A DNA stretch of 64,000 bases from Phototrophicaceae bacterium (GTDB taxonomy: Bacteria > Chloroflexota > Anaerolineae > Aggregatilineales > Phototrophicaceae). The position numbers and the translations under genes are program-made. Where the stretch lies: assembly GCA_965208195.1 (NCBI GenBank), contig CBDBOC010000003.1, positions 794,050 through 858,049 of the forward strand, read 5' to 3'. The notes below the pieces were generated by a model. The model worked only from the letters and a program-made list of their open reading frames with translations. It made no database searches and was not told the origin of the DNA. Below, one piece after another: positions 28,011-37,429 of the stretch. Each line of letters begins with the position of its first letter. Within the stretch, counting starts at the first letter, position 1.

Positions 28011-29540
28011 ATGACAGGATTGGTCATCAAACAGCTTAGCTTACTCGATCGCGTTACTGCATCAGATGATGCCCTGCGCGCAATCTACCACTCGGACGGC
28101 CTTTCGCCCTCGTCAGCGCGGTTTGCTCTTGAGCGGAAGTACCAGCCAATTCTCGAGCCGACTCACCGGTTTAATCGCCAACTTGTTAGCTACCAGGCGA
28201 ATAAATCAGTTCGTATGCACCGCTGGTTCAAATACAAGGAAGGCTTTTCGGCGCAACTCGTTCACAGCCTCATCAGAGACTTTGGCTTGCAGCCGTCGCA
28301 GCGTATTCTCGATCCCTTTGCGGGCGTATCAACTTCATTGCTGGTTGCGCAATCTATGGGGATTAGCGCGACAGGAATAGAAGTACTGCCAATCGGCGAA
28401 CTGGTGTGGCGGGCGAAGTCGAGCGCGACCAAATACAATTTGGCCCAGTTGCGCGCAACACGTGAATGGGTGGTTTCGACTCAGCCGGGAACCTCCATGC
28501 GGCGCTTTCCGCACATTCCCATCACACGTCATGCGTTTGACCGCGCGCAGGAAGCGCAATTTATGTGGTACGACGAGCAATTTGAAGCCCTTGACGTCGA
28601 CCAGACCACAAAGCATTTGCTCAAGTTTGTACTGATGTCGATTCTCGAAGACATCAGTTTTACCAGTAAGGACGGCCAGTTTTTGCGTTGGGATGTCCGT
28701 TCAGGCAAGATGCGAGAGCGAAATGAACGGCGTATTGCGGCGGGGAAGAAACCCGCAAAGCCTTTCGTGAAGCGTGATATTCTACCGGTGAGAAACGCCA
28801 TAATTGGGGCGCTAGACCTAATAGTCTTTGACTTGTCTACCCAGGTCAGTACTCAACGCGCAAGGAGTGAACAGAAGCTCTTGCTAGGCACGGTTTTGGA
28901 AGAGTTGCCGCTGCTGGACGCCGAGCGCTTTGACGCTGTCATTACCTCTCCGCCCTACTGCAATCGTTATGACTACACCAGGACCTACGCTTTGGAGCTT
29001 GCCTTTCTCGGTGTAGACCAAGAAGCAATGTTGCGTCTGCGGCAGCGCCTACTTAGTTGTACAGTTGAAAACCGATCAAAGTCAAAGCAACTGCGTCAGT
29101 TCTACGCTCAGCTGGGGCGGTCCGATGACTGCGACAGAATAATTGAGACCATAGCCTATCATGATGCTTTTCAAGAGATTTTGAGCGCATTGAAGTTGCG
29201 CCAGCGGCGTGGCGAAGTCAACAATCGCGGCATTATTTCTATGGTCGAAGGCTACTTTACTGAACTAGCATTTGTAACCTTTGAGCTGTTTCGAGTGTGC
29301 AAACCCGGCGCCGCCGTCGCCATCGTCAACGACAATGTGCGGTACAGCGGCGAGATTATTCCCGTGGATCTGCTTATGTCGGACATCGCCGAGAGAGTTG
29401 GATTTGTTGCAGAGAAGATTTATGTGCTACCGCAACGCAAAGGCAATAGCAGTCAACAGATGGGCAAATACGGCCGGGAAGCATTGCGCAAAAGCGTGAT
29501 GATTTGGAGAAAACCGGATACTCCTGATGCAGTCGGATAG
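28011..29540 (+). CDS. DNA methyltransferase (amino-MTase, N4-C or N6-A), motif I before motif IV
   Basis: 509 aa. The AdoMet motif is RILDPFAGVSTSLLVAQSMG...GIE (aa ~98-124) and the catalytic motif is SPPY at aa 313-316 (nt 28947-28958). The composition is visibly AT-richer than the flanks. Confidence 0.8.
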   Translation: MTGLVIKQLSLLDRVTASDDALRAIYHSDGLSPSSARFALERKYQPILEPTHRFNRQLVSYQANKSVRMHRWFKYKEGFSAQLVHSLIRDFGLQPSQRILDPFAGVSTSLLVAQSMGISATGIEVLPIGELVWRAKSSATKYNLAQLRATREWVVSTQPGTSMRRFPHIPITRHAFDRAQEAQFMWYDEQFEALDVDQTTKHLLKFVLMSILEDISFTSKDGQFLRWDVRSGKMRERNERRIAAGKKPAKPFVKRDILPVRNAIIGALDLIVFDLSTQVSTQRARSEQKLLLGTVLEELPLLDAERFDAVITSPPYCNRYDYTRTYALELAFLGVDQEAMLRLRQRLLSCTVENRSKSKQLRQFYAQLGRSDDCDRIIETIAYHDAFQEILSALKLRQRRGEVNNRGIISMVEGYFTELAFVTFELFRVCKPGAAVAIVNDNVRYSGEIIPVDLLMSDIAERVGFVAEKIYVLPQRKGNSSQQMGKYGREALRKSVMIWRKPDTPDAVG

Positions 29541-30483
29541 GCAACGCGCCTGGGCGCTGGATCAACTGCAAAAAAGCGTGTTTTTTCATCAGAAACTCCA
29601 CGAGTGGCGAATGTTGGAAATTGCGGACGCTATCGAACGCGTCTCTGGCGCGTCGCTCGCGTGGGAGTTGCAGGACTTACAGATCTCCGATGTTGCCTGG
29701 AACAAGATCATTCACAGCGGCGTCAAACCGATAATTGTATTTGCCCATCCGGATGTTTTGACCACAGTCGCCTATGCAACTAGCTATTATCGAATGCTGG
29801 CCATGGTGTCACAGAAGTCTATGGGTCAGATTGGTCTTGCCACAACTCGCTTTGAACAGAAGGACAGGCTTCCCCCTGAAGATACTGCGCTCGCCATCGC
29901 CCGGCGCGTCAACAGGTTGGTCAGCACGCTGATTGAAATGGAAAACGATATCGCAATGCGTGAATTTGACATCTGGCGAGGTATGGCGGCAGGCTCTCAA
30001 GCACAAGGCTCATGGCAAAATAGAAAGGGTGACCAGACTGAGCTGATGATTCGTCTGGACTTGCTTACGCAGCTTAAGGCCGCCGGCCTGCTTCCCAACG
30101 ATATGGTTGTTGATGTAGCCACTCGAGTTGTGGAGATACATCTCAATGACGGGCGTACAGTTCGTTTGGGAGCGGAACCCGACATAAAGATCTACAATGA
30201 TTTCAGAATTCATGCCGCGGTTGAGGTTAAAGGCGGAATTGACCCCGCAGGCGTCTTGGAACGTGTAGGTGCTGCTATCAAGAGCTTAAGCCGAGCGAAA
30301 GATGAAAGCCCGGGGGCCATTACTATCCTTGTAATGCCGGCTATTTCAATGTCTGAGCAAGCCAAGATCGACATAGACTCAAATAAAGCCAATGTGAATT
30401 ACTGGTTTTCTGTGGAAGATATTCTGGAAGATTCTGAATCGAAGCGACAGTACTATAGTCTTCTCGGCCTGGGTACGTATTAA
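29527..30483 (+). CDS. putative type II restriction endonuclease (PD-(D/E)xK candidate) partnered with the methyltransferase
   Basis: 318 aa. It overlaps the MTase stop by 14 nt and shares its AT-richer composition. The candidate catalytic motif is EPD219IKIY...AAVE233VK235GG. I cannot assign a family without a search. Confidence 0.5.
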   Translation: MQSDRQRAWALDQLQKSVFFHQKLHEWRMLEIADAIERVSGASLAWELQDLQISDVAWNKIIHSGVKPIIVFAHPDVLTTVAYATSYYRMLAMVSQKSMGQIGLATTRFEQKDRLPPEDTALAIARRVNRLVSTLIEMENDIAMREFDIWRGMAAGSQAQGSWQNRKGDQTELMIRLDLLTQLKAAGLLPNDMVVDVATRVVEIHLNDGRTVRLGAEPDIKIYNDFRIHAAVEVKGGIDPAGVLERVGAAIKSLSRAKDESPGAITILVMPAISMSEQAKIDIDSNKANVNYWFSVEDILEDSESKRQYYSLLGLGTY

Positions 30484-30506
30484 CTGGCAAAAGCTGCCCG
30501 CGCGCC

Positions 30507-31475
30507 TCAGGGATGTGCGCAGCCGCTGCCATCGTAGACCGCGCTCTCGTCTACGAAGACCTCGTTTTCGACAGCATTTTCATGCAGCCAGGCCTTGGAA
30601 GCGTAGAGCACGCTGATGCCGTGCTGCGCGCTGCCGGCGATGGTATTGCCCGCCACGACCGCCTCCGAGTGAAAGTCGACTGTGATGCCGTTGCCCTGGC
30701 GGATTTGCGGCGCGGCGCTGGAGCCGAGCGTGTCCGACACGATATTGTCGCAGATGGTCGCCATGGACATATCCAGCAACTGAATCCCGCTGAGGGCGTT
30801 GTCTTCGACCAGGTTGCCCCAGACATCGGCATGCGACATTTCGGTGACGGCGATGCCATGCGCGCCGTTATCCCGCACGACATTGTCCTCGATGGTGATC
30901 ATACCCGTCATATTGGTGTAGATGCCGCTGCGGGCATTGCCGATGACGATGTTGCGGCTGACGAGCGAGGCCGGCCACTGCGTCGTATTGGTGATGTGGA
31001 TGCCCATGCCATAGGGCGCGCGGGCGTCGATGACGGTGTTGTCGACGATAGCTGCCGCGCCCAGCCGCACCTTGATGCCGGTCAAGCGGCTGCCGGCGAC
31101 CAGATTGTCGGCGATGACTACATCCCGGCTGCGCGTGACGAAGATGCCGTATTCGCCGCCGATGACGGTCAAGCCCTCGATGGTCACGTCTTGCGTATCG
31201 GCGATGGAGATCACGGCGGCGACGTCATTTGCGCTGAGCAGCGCCTCGCCCGAATCCGCAGCGCGCAAGGTCACCGGCCGCTCGATAGTAAGCGCTTCGC
31301 GGTAGCTGCCGGCGGCGATGGCGATAATGCTGTGATCGGGCGCGGCCGCCAGCGCTGCGCTGATGGACGCGTAGTCGCCGGGCACCTGGATGACTTCGCT
31401 CAACCCTTGCGCCGCCGATATGGGCGTCAGCAGGACGAGCGCGGACACTATCAGACGGATGAATGCGCTGGGCAT
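30507..31475 (-). CDS. secreted right-handed parallel beta-helix repeat protein (pectate-lyase fold, NosD-like)
   Basis: Signal-like N-terminus followed by repeated DNxVxxNxxxGI turns (VIADNLVAGS, IVDNTVIDA, IEDNVVRDNGAHGI, GNLVEDNALSGI). It is the last gene of the ABC operon. Confidence 0.75.
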   Translation of the reverse strand: MPSAFIRLIVSALVLLTPISAAQGLSEVIQVPGDYASISAALAAAPDHSIIAIAAGSYREALTIERPVTLRAADSGEALLSANDVAAVISIADTQDVTIEGLTVIGGEYGIFVTRSRDVVIADNLVAGSRLTGIKVRLGAAAIVDNTVIDARAPYGMGIHITNTTQWPASLVSRNIVIGNARSGIYTNMTGMITIEDNVVRDNGAHGIAVTEMSHADVWGNLVEDNALSGIQLLDMSMATICDNIVSDTLGSSAAPQIRQGNGITVDFHSEAVVAGNTIAGSAQHGISVLYASKAWLHENAVENEVFVDESAVYDGSGCAHP

Positions 31476-31478
31476 GGG

Positions 31479-33074
31479 CTAGCCTTTCACGGCGCCGGCC
31501 GTCACGCCGCGCACGAAATAGCGCTGCAAGCTGAAGAAGACGATCAGGGGCACGACCATGGTGATGAATGCGCCGGAGGCCAGGATATCCCATTCGTTGG
31601 CGTATTGCCCTACCAGCTGGCGGATGCCGACGGTCAGCGGGAAGAGTTGCTGATCGACCAGGAAGATCAGCGCGTTCATCAAGTCATTCCAGATCCAGAC
31701 GAATTGAAAGATGCCCAGCGAGGCGATGGCGGGCATGGACAGCGGTATGACGATGCGGAAGAACATGCCAAATTCCGAGGCGCCGTCGACGCGGGCCGCC
31801 TCAAAGAGCTCACTGGGCAAATCGCGGAAGAAATTGTAAAGCAGGAAGATGGCGAAGGGCGTGCCGTAAGACGCGTGCGCGATCCAAATGCCGGCCCAGG
31901 TGCCGATGAGCCCAGCGGCGTTGAGCATGCGCAGCACCGGGATCCAGGTCGTCTGCATGGGCACGATCAGCATGGCGATGGCCAGCAGATAGAAAGCATT
32001 GCGGAAGGGCAGGTCCAGCCAGCAGAAGGCATAAGCCGCCGTCGCCGCGAAGGCGATGGTCAGCAGTGTGCTGGGCACGGTGATGATGAAGCTGTTCTTG
32101 AAGAAGTTGAGAAAGCCGGGCTCGGCCAATTGCTCGCGGGTAAAGATCTCTTCGTAATTCTCCAGCGTCAGCAGCGGGTTCAGCACGCCGATTTCCATGT
32201 CGATGACGCCGGTGAAATCGGGCGCGGCCGTGAAGGTATACTGGCCATCCGGGCTGAGACGCAGCGTGCCGGCCAGCGGCAGCTCGATGGTCGTGCCGGC
32301 CTGCACCGCCAGCAGCGGGGCGCCCGCGCGCTCCATGCTGTAGGCAATCGTAAAGGGCGCGTTTGCAGCAACATCCGCATCAACCGTCGCCTCGAATGTG
32401 CCGACGAAGCTGGCTCGCGGCTCAAAGAGGTAACTGCCGTCTTCGTAGACTGTGATGGCGCCGGCGCGGGGTACGCGTTCCGATTCGCCCAGCGCCTCGA
32501 TCTCCAATTCGCCCTGGATCGACTCGAAGCCTTGCAAGTGAAATTCGAAGAGGAAGGGCGGCGTAGCGCTCTCGAAATCGGGTACGAAGGCGCCCTCATA
32601 GCCGGGCGCGGGCGCGAAGTCGGCTGTGCCGTCCGCACGCAGGGTGGCGACGCCGACGCCAGGCAGCTCGACGGGTTGGTCGAAAGCCTCGACGTTTAGC
32701 GATCCGCTGATTTCTTCAATAAGCACGCGCCCAATGGTTGCGGCGGGCAGGCCTTCGACCGCGTCCGTCAGCAAGTCGCCGCTGATGCTGTCGCCGGCGT
32801 TGATTGTGTCGTCGCCGTCCGCGTCCGCCGCGACAACCGCTAACTGCCAGCGCTGGTCGGTCAGGGTGCGCTCGCCGCTGGCCACCGTCCACCAGCCGGA
32901 AGCCGAGATATCGCCGCGTGTGCGAAAGGAGGTCACGGCCAAGCCCACCGAGGGCGCCAGCCAGATGAGGCCGATGATGAGCAAAATGGCGTGCACGGGC
33001 CCGCGCCGCGTCAGCGAGATGAGCGCTTCGGCGTGGCTTGCGCGCCGGTGCAATTGCAGGCTTTGCCCGTTCAA
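31479..33074 (-). CDS. carbohydrate ABC transporter permease (MalG/CUT1 type) with a ~220-aa extra extracytoplasmic loop
   Basis: The EAA loop is FEAARVDGASEFGMFFRIVIP. The loop between TM1 and TM2 (aa ~51-325) carries three DG(S/T/Q)Y.F.P...F.G-type Ig/cadherin-like motifs. Confidence 0.85.
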   Translation of the reverse strand: MNGQSLQLHRRASHAEALISLTRRGPVHAILLIIGLIWLAPSVGLAVTSFRTRGDISASGWWTVASGERTLTDQRWQLAVVAADADGDDTINAGDSISGDLLTDAVEGLPAATIGRVLIEEISGSLNVEAFDQPVELPGVGVATLRADGTADFAPAPGYEGAFVPDFESATPPFLFEFHLQGFESIQGELEIEALGESERVPRAGAITVYEDGSYLFEPRASFVGTFEATVDADVAANAPFTIAYSMERAGAPLLAVQAGTTIELPLAGTLRLSPDGQYTFTAAPDFTGVIDMEIGVLNPLLTLENYEEIFTREQLAEPGFLNFFKNSFIITVPSTLLTIAFAATAAYAFCWLDLPFRNAFYLLAIAMLIVPMQTTWIPVLRMLNAAGLIGTWAGIWIAHASYGTPFAIFLLYNFFRDLPSELFEAARVDGASEFGMFFRIVIPLSMPAIASLGIFQFVWIWNDLMNALIFLVDQQLFPLTVGIRQLVGQYANEWDILASGAFITMVVPLIVFFSLQRYFVRGVTAGAVKG

Positions 33075-33081
33075 GGCGGCC

Positions 33082-33987
33082 TCATAAATCGCGGCGGACG
33101 CGCCGCACTTGATAGGCGATGAAGGGCAAGACGAGAATCAACAAGATGACGGCCACAGCGCTGCCATAGCCAGTTCGATTATTGTTGAAGGTCTCCCAGA
33201 AGACGGTGTAGCCGATGATGCGGGTGGCGCCGCGCGGCGCGCCCTTGGTCATCACCAGCACCAGGTCGATCATCTTGAGCGCGTTGATGATCATGGTGAC
33301 GGCGATGAAGGTCACTGGTCCGCTGAGCATGGGCAGGGAGACGCGCCAGAATAGCTGCCAGGCGTTGGCGCCGTCGATGCGACCGGCTTCGTGAATCTCG
33401 GCCGGCACCGCTTTGTAGGCGGCCGACAGCACGACCACGGAAAGCCCGGTCGAGATCCAAACGCCGGCGAAGATGACGGCCAGGTTGGCGACATCGACGC
33501 TGCCCAGAAAGGCGACCGGCTCGAAATCGGGGAAGAGCGAGGTCAGCAAGGCGTTGAGCGAGCCGAGGTTGGGGTTCTGGTTGTAGAAGAGGCGGAAGAT
33601 GACGGCGGCCGCCGTGGCGGAAATGGCCATGGGCATGAACATGACTGACTTGATAATGGCTTCGTAACGCACTTTATCGGCCAGCACCGCCACCAGCAGG
33701 CCGATCAGCACGATGGCGGTCGGGAAGAGGATGAGCCAGGCGAAGCTGTTGACCAGCGCGCCGCTGAAAACGCCGTCTTCGAAACTGAGGAAGAAGCGGT
33801 CTTCCGTCAGCAACACGCGGTAATTCTCCAGGCCGACGAATTCTTTGGCAGGCGTGGTGATGGTGCCGCGTGTGAAGCTCAAGGCGATGGTGACGATGGT
33901 GGGGTAGACGTAGAAGAGCGCCAGCGCAATCAGCGCCGGCCCGGCGAAGAGCCAGGGGATCAATTTGCTGAATCTGCGCGACTGCAT
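33082..33987 (-). CDS. carbohydrate ABC transporter permease (MalF/CUT1 type)
   Basis: 301 aa with six TM segments. The EAA loop is HEAGRIDGANAWQLFWRVSLP. Confidence 0.9.
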   Translation of the reverse strand: MQSRRFSKLIPWLFAGPALIALALFYVYPTIVTIALSFTRGTITTPAKEFVGLENYRVLLTEDRFFLSFEDGVFSGALVNSFAWLILFPTAIVLIGLLVAVLADKVRYEAIIKSVMFMPMAISATAAAVIFRLFYNQNPNLGSLNALLTSLFPDFEPVAFLGSVDVANLAVIFAGVWISTGLSVVVLSAAYKAVPAEIHEAGRIDGANAWQLFWRVSLPMLSGPVTFIAVTMIINALKMIDLVLVMTKGAPRGATRIIGYTVFWETFNNNRTGYGSAVAVILLILVLPFIAYQVRRVRRDL

Positions 33988-34097
33988 GATTTGCCCGCCG
34001 GCTCTAACGCTTGGCTCAGGCGGTTGCGGCTGATTGGCGCCGGCTCAAAAGAGGGCAGCCTCCGCGGACTGCCCTCGCGCTTGATGCTTGAATCGGC

Positions 34098-35387
34098 CTA
34101 CATGTCATAGGCGGTATCGGCGACATCCTCGATGAATTGGGCGACCTCAGCCACAGCGTCCGGGTTGGCGATCAAGTCTTGCAAGCCGGTGAACATGGCA
34201 TCGCCGCCGATGGCGCCCGGCGCCAGGTCGGAGCCATCAAAGGCGACGAAGGCGGCATTGGCGACCATAGCCGCGGCCGCGCCGTCACAAGGCTCGGCAT
34301 AGACATCAGCCGACACGTTGTAATTGGCCGAAAGCTGCGGGCCCGTTTCTTGCGTCGCCATCAACTCCTGGGCTTCGGCGCCGGCCATCCAGCGCATGTA
34401 TTCGCGCACTTCGGGCCGGTCGTTGTACATCAGCCAGAAGTTGCCGCCGAGCACGACCGAGTTGGCGTAGTCCTCGTTGATGGTGGGGAAGCGGAAGGAG
34501 CCGAAGTCATCGGGGCAAGTCTGGCCCGGGAAGTTGGCTTGGGCGAAGCTGCGCATGAAGCTGGCCAGCGGGAAGAGCCCGGCATCGCCGTTCATCACCG
34601 CGTCCATGGCATCAATGAAGCCGCGCGCCAGCGTGCCGTCCGAGCCGCCAAGCAGGCGCGTGTCGGTCGGCGATACCGCCTCGGCGAAGTGCTCCAGCGC
34701 GCTGATGACGGTGGGGTCGGTCCATTCGACCTCGTGCGTCACAAAGAGTTGGTGGTACATCTCCGGCCCGGCGATGTTGAGGTAGAGGTTCTCGAAGAAG
34801 TCGGTCAGCGTCCAGCCATCCAGCGCGCCCAGCGCCAGCGGCGGGATGCCCTCTTCGGCCAGGATGTCCAGGTACTCGATGAACTCGTCCCAGGATGCGG
34901 GCGCGTCTTCGCCGATATCTTCGAAGGTATCCGTGCGGCGCCAAGCGATGCTCTTGGAGCTGACGGCGCTGATGACACCGTAGAATTCGCCATCGACCGA
35001 GCCCAGATCAATCAAAGCCTGGCCGTAATTGTCGGCTACGAATTCCGGCGTCATGACCGGGTCGTCACCGCTGGTCAGCGGGATGATCAAGCCTTCACGA
35101 GCCAACTCCGCCATGACGCCGGGGCGGGGCATGCCGCTGATATCGGGCGGGTTGCCGGCGCTGGCCATGATCTGCGGCAGCAGGTGGCAATCGCGGTCGT
35201 CGATGTGCTCGACTTCAATGCCGGTCTGCTCGGTGAAGACGGCGTTGACGGCGTTGAAGCCGACGCCCTCGGGCCCGCCCCAACAGGTGACGACAGTCAC
35301 TTTGGGCGCGTCTTGGGCCAGCGCCGCCGATGCCGCGACGGCGGCCAATACGAGCAGTACAACTGCAAGAAGTGTGAACTTGCGCAT
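34098..35387 (-). CDS. ABC transporter extracellular solute-binding protein (family 1, sugar)
   Basis: The N-terminus MRKFTLLAVVLLVLAAVAASAALA is signal-like. I prefer the ATG at 35387 (GGAAAGGA upstream) over 35405. It is the first gene of the operon. Confidence 0.85.
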   Translation of the reverse strand: MRKFTLLAVVLLVLAAVAASAALAQDAPKVTVVTCWGGPEGVGFNAVNAVFTEQTGIEVEHIDDRDCHLLPQIMASAGNPPDISGMPRPGVMAELAREGLIIPLTSGDDPVMTPEFVADNYGQALIDLGSVDGEFYGVISAVSSKSIAWRRTDTFEDIGEDAPASWDEFIEYLDILAEEGIPPLALGALDGWTLTDFFENLYLNIAGPEMYHQLFVTHEVEWTDPTVISALEHFAEAVSPTDTRLLGGSDGTLARGFIDAMDAVMNGDAGLFPLASFMRSFAQANFPGQTCPDDFGSFRFPTINEDYANSVVLGGNFWLMYNDRPEVREYMRWMAGAEAQELMATQETGPQLSANYNVSADVYAEPCDGAAAAMVANAAFVAFDGSDLAPGAIGGDAMFTGLQDLIANPDAVAEVAQFIEDVADTAYDM

Positions 35388-35700
35388 GATGAAATTCCTT
35401 TCCAAGTTAGGATTAACTTTGCACTCGCCGGGCGTCTACCGAAGCGATGCCGGGGCGCCCACAACAACTCCGAGTGTAACGTAACCACGCGCTCAGCGCA
35501 AAGCGTTGGAAGCAGGCTGCCCCGGCCAAGACAGCCAAGTCATCGCGAAGGGAATGGCGCGTCACGGCCATTTTGCGTGCCCGCATCCATTGAGGCATTC
35601 GTAGTGGCGGCTCGGTGAGTCGCCCACAGCCGACATGCGAGTGTTGCCGATGGGCGAGCCCTTGGCGCCCGCTTCAGATGCTCACAGTTGCCGTGCAAGC

Positions 35701-36189
35701 TCAGCGCGCGCGCAGATATACGCTGAGATCCAGGTCGCCGGGAGAATGGCCCAACTTGGTCAAGATGGCGGCGCACTCGGCGCGGTGCTGCGTGCCGTGG
35801 TTGACCAGGTGCCAGAGGCATTGCCAGCGGAGGCGCCGGCGCGGCCCGTATTCTGTGTCGTAGCTGAAGGGCGCGGCCAACTCAGCATCGCCCCAGCCGC
35901 GCAAGACTTCACTCAAGCGTTCCCGCTCAGCCAGCATCAGCGCGCGGATGGATGCCACATCGGGGTAGTCCGCCTCGGCCAGGTAGTCGGTGAAGGCGCC
36001 GTCGGTCAGCATGTGGCGCCAGGCGTAATGCGCTTCGGCCAGGTGGAAGAGCGTGCCCAGCAAGCTAGTCCAGCCGGCGCTGATCGGCGCGCGCAACTGC
36101 TGCGGCGTCAGCGTCGCTGCAAGATCAAAGATGCGGTCGCTGGCCCAGGCGTCGTAATCGAGCAGCAGGCGGATGTCGTCTGCGCGCAT
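35701..36189 (-). CDS. DinB-family protein
   Basis: Start MRADDIRLLLDYDAWASDRI lies 2 nt after the upstream stop. The C-terminal motif is LVNHGTQHRAECAAILTKLGHSPGDLD. Confidence 0.8.
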   Translation of the reverse strand: MRADDIRLLLDYDAWASDRIFDLAATLTPQQLRAPISAGWTSLLGTLFHLAEAHYAWRHMLTDGAFTDYLAEADYPDVASIRALMLAERERLSEVLRGWGDAELAAPFSYDTEYGPRRRLRWQCLWHLVNHGTQHRAECAAILTKLGHSPGDLDLSVYLRAR

Positions 36190-36191
36190 CG

Positions 36192-37220
36192 TCAGGCTGT
36201 CTGGTCGCGTTGGCGGAGGAAGAGCGTGAAGTCCATATCGCCCGGCGAGCGGCCCAGGTCGGTCAGCAGGGCGGCGCATTCGCTGCGGTGTTGCGTGCCG
36301 TGGTTGGCCAGATGCAGCAGGAAATGCCAGAGCGTGCTGCCGAAAGTCCGGCCGCCGCGCTCAAAGGTCACTACATCGTTCACCGCCGCGTCACTCAGCC
36401 CGTTGATGTAATCCCGCAGCAGCGCGGCTTCGCTTTCATAACGCGCGCGCAGGGCGGCGACATCGGCGAAGTCTGCCGGCGCCGGCCGCTCGAGCTCGCC
36501 CTGGCCGCTGAGCCGATTGCGCCAGCCGATTTCCGCCGTCACGATATGCACCAGGATGCCGCGCAAATCGCCCCAACCGAGTGCGTTCGGCGTCGTCCAC
36601 TCGTCGCTGCTGATGCCCTCAGCCGCTTCCAGGATGCGCCGATTGGCCCATTCGTTGTACTGAAAAATCAGCTGAATATCGCTGTGTCTCATGGCTGTCT
36701 CGCCTCCCTTTGCCTTTGCCGCCGTCTGCGCCTGATAGCCACCGAGGAAAACGCCGAGGTCCATATCGCCGGGCGAATGGCCTAGCTCAGTCAGCCGGGC
36801 GGCGCATTCGCTGCGGTGCTGCGTGCCGTGGTTGACCATGTGATAGAGGCAGTGCCAGAGCACATGATAGCGCGTCTCGCCTCGGGAATCATAATCGACC
36901 AAGCCGTCCAGATCGGCAGCGCTCAAGCCGCCGAGGTAGGCCGCCAGCGCCGCATTCTCCTGGCCCCAGCGTTCGCGGATGGCGGCCAAATTGGCGAAGT
37001 CGTCGCTCTTCAACCATGGCCGGTCCTTGCGCTCCGCAAGATAATTGCGCCAGCCGTACTCGGCGTCCAGGATGTGCGTCAACATGCCGTGCAGATCGCC
37101 CCAGCCGAGCGCGTTGGGCGCGCGCAGTTTTTCCGGCGTCAGGTTCTCCGCCGTGTCCAGGATGCGCTCGTTGGCCCATTGATTGTAGTCGAATATCAGC
37201 CTGATGTCGTACGTGTTCAT
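36192..37220 (-). CDS. tandem DinB-DinB fusion protein
   Basis: 342 aa made of two complete DinB modules, each ending in NHGTQHRSECA...GxSPGDMD. They are joined by the linker GGYQAQTAAKAKGGETA. An internal GGGAGG plus ATG (36692) is retained at the start of module 2. Confidence 0.75.
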   Translation of the reverse strand: MNTYDIRLIFDYNQWANERILDTAENLTPEKLRAPNALGWGDLHGMLTHILDAEYGWRNYLAERKDRPWLKSDDFANLAAIRERWGQENAALAAYLGGLSAADLDGLVDYDSRGETRYHVLWHCLYHMVNHGTQHRSECAARLTELGHSPGDMDLGVFLGGYQAQTAAKAKGGETAMRHSDIQLIFQYNEWANRRILEAAEGISSDEWTTPNALGWGDLRGILVHIVTAEIGWRNRLSGQGELERPAPADFADVAALRARYESEAALLRDYINGLSDAAVNDVVTFERGGRTFGSTLWHFLLHLANHGTQHRSECAALLTDLGRSPGDMDFTLFLRQRDQTA

Positions 37221-37259
37221 CTTGCGCCTCAGTGAGTACCAGTAAGTCTTTCAAATGCT

Positions 37260-37429
37260 AACCACAGAGAACACCGAGGATACGCAGAGGACACCGAGTA
37301 ATGTAGAGAAGTCATGATATGCCAGCGATCGTCCATATTTGTTGGATGGGCCCCGAATCGCGGCAAAATCGACATCAGCCAGCAACCTCTGTGCCCTCTG
37401 TGTATCCTCATTTTCCTCTGTGGTAAAGG
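37260..37429. repeat. MITE-like element: ~40-bp inverted CACMGAG-type arms around an ~87-bp core
   Basis: The left arm is aaccacagagaacaccgaggatacgcagaggacaccgag. The reverse complement of the right arm is tttaccacagaggaaaatgaggatacacagagggcacagagg. Confidence 0.6.

Noticed and set aside
35492-35502. GCGCTCAGCGC palindrome upstream of the ABC operon as a regulator operator
   Set aside because: It is too short and GC-rich to stand out in this genome, and no regulator gene is adjacent.
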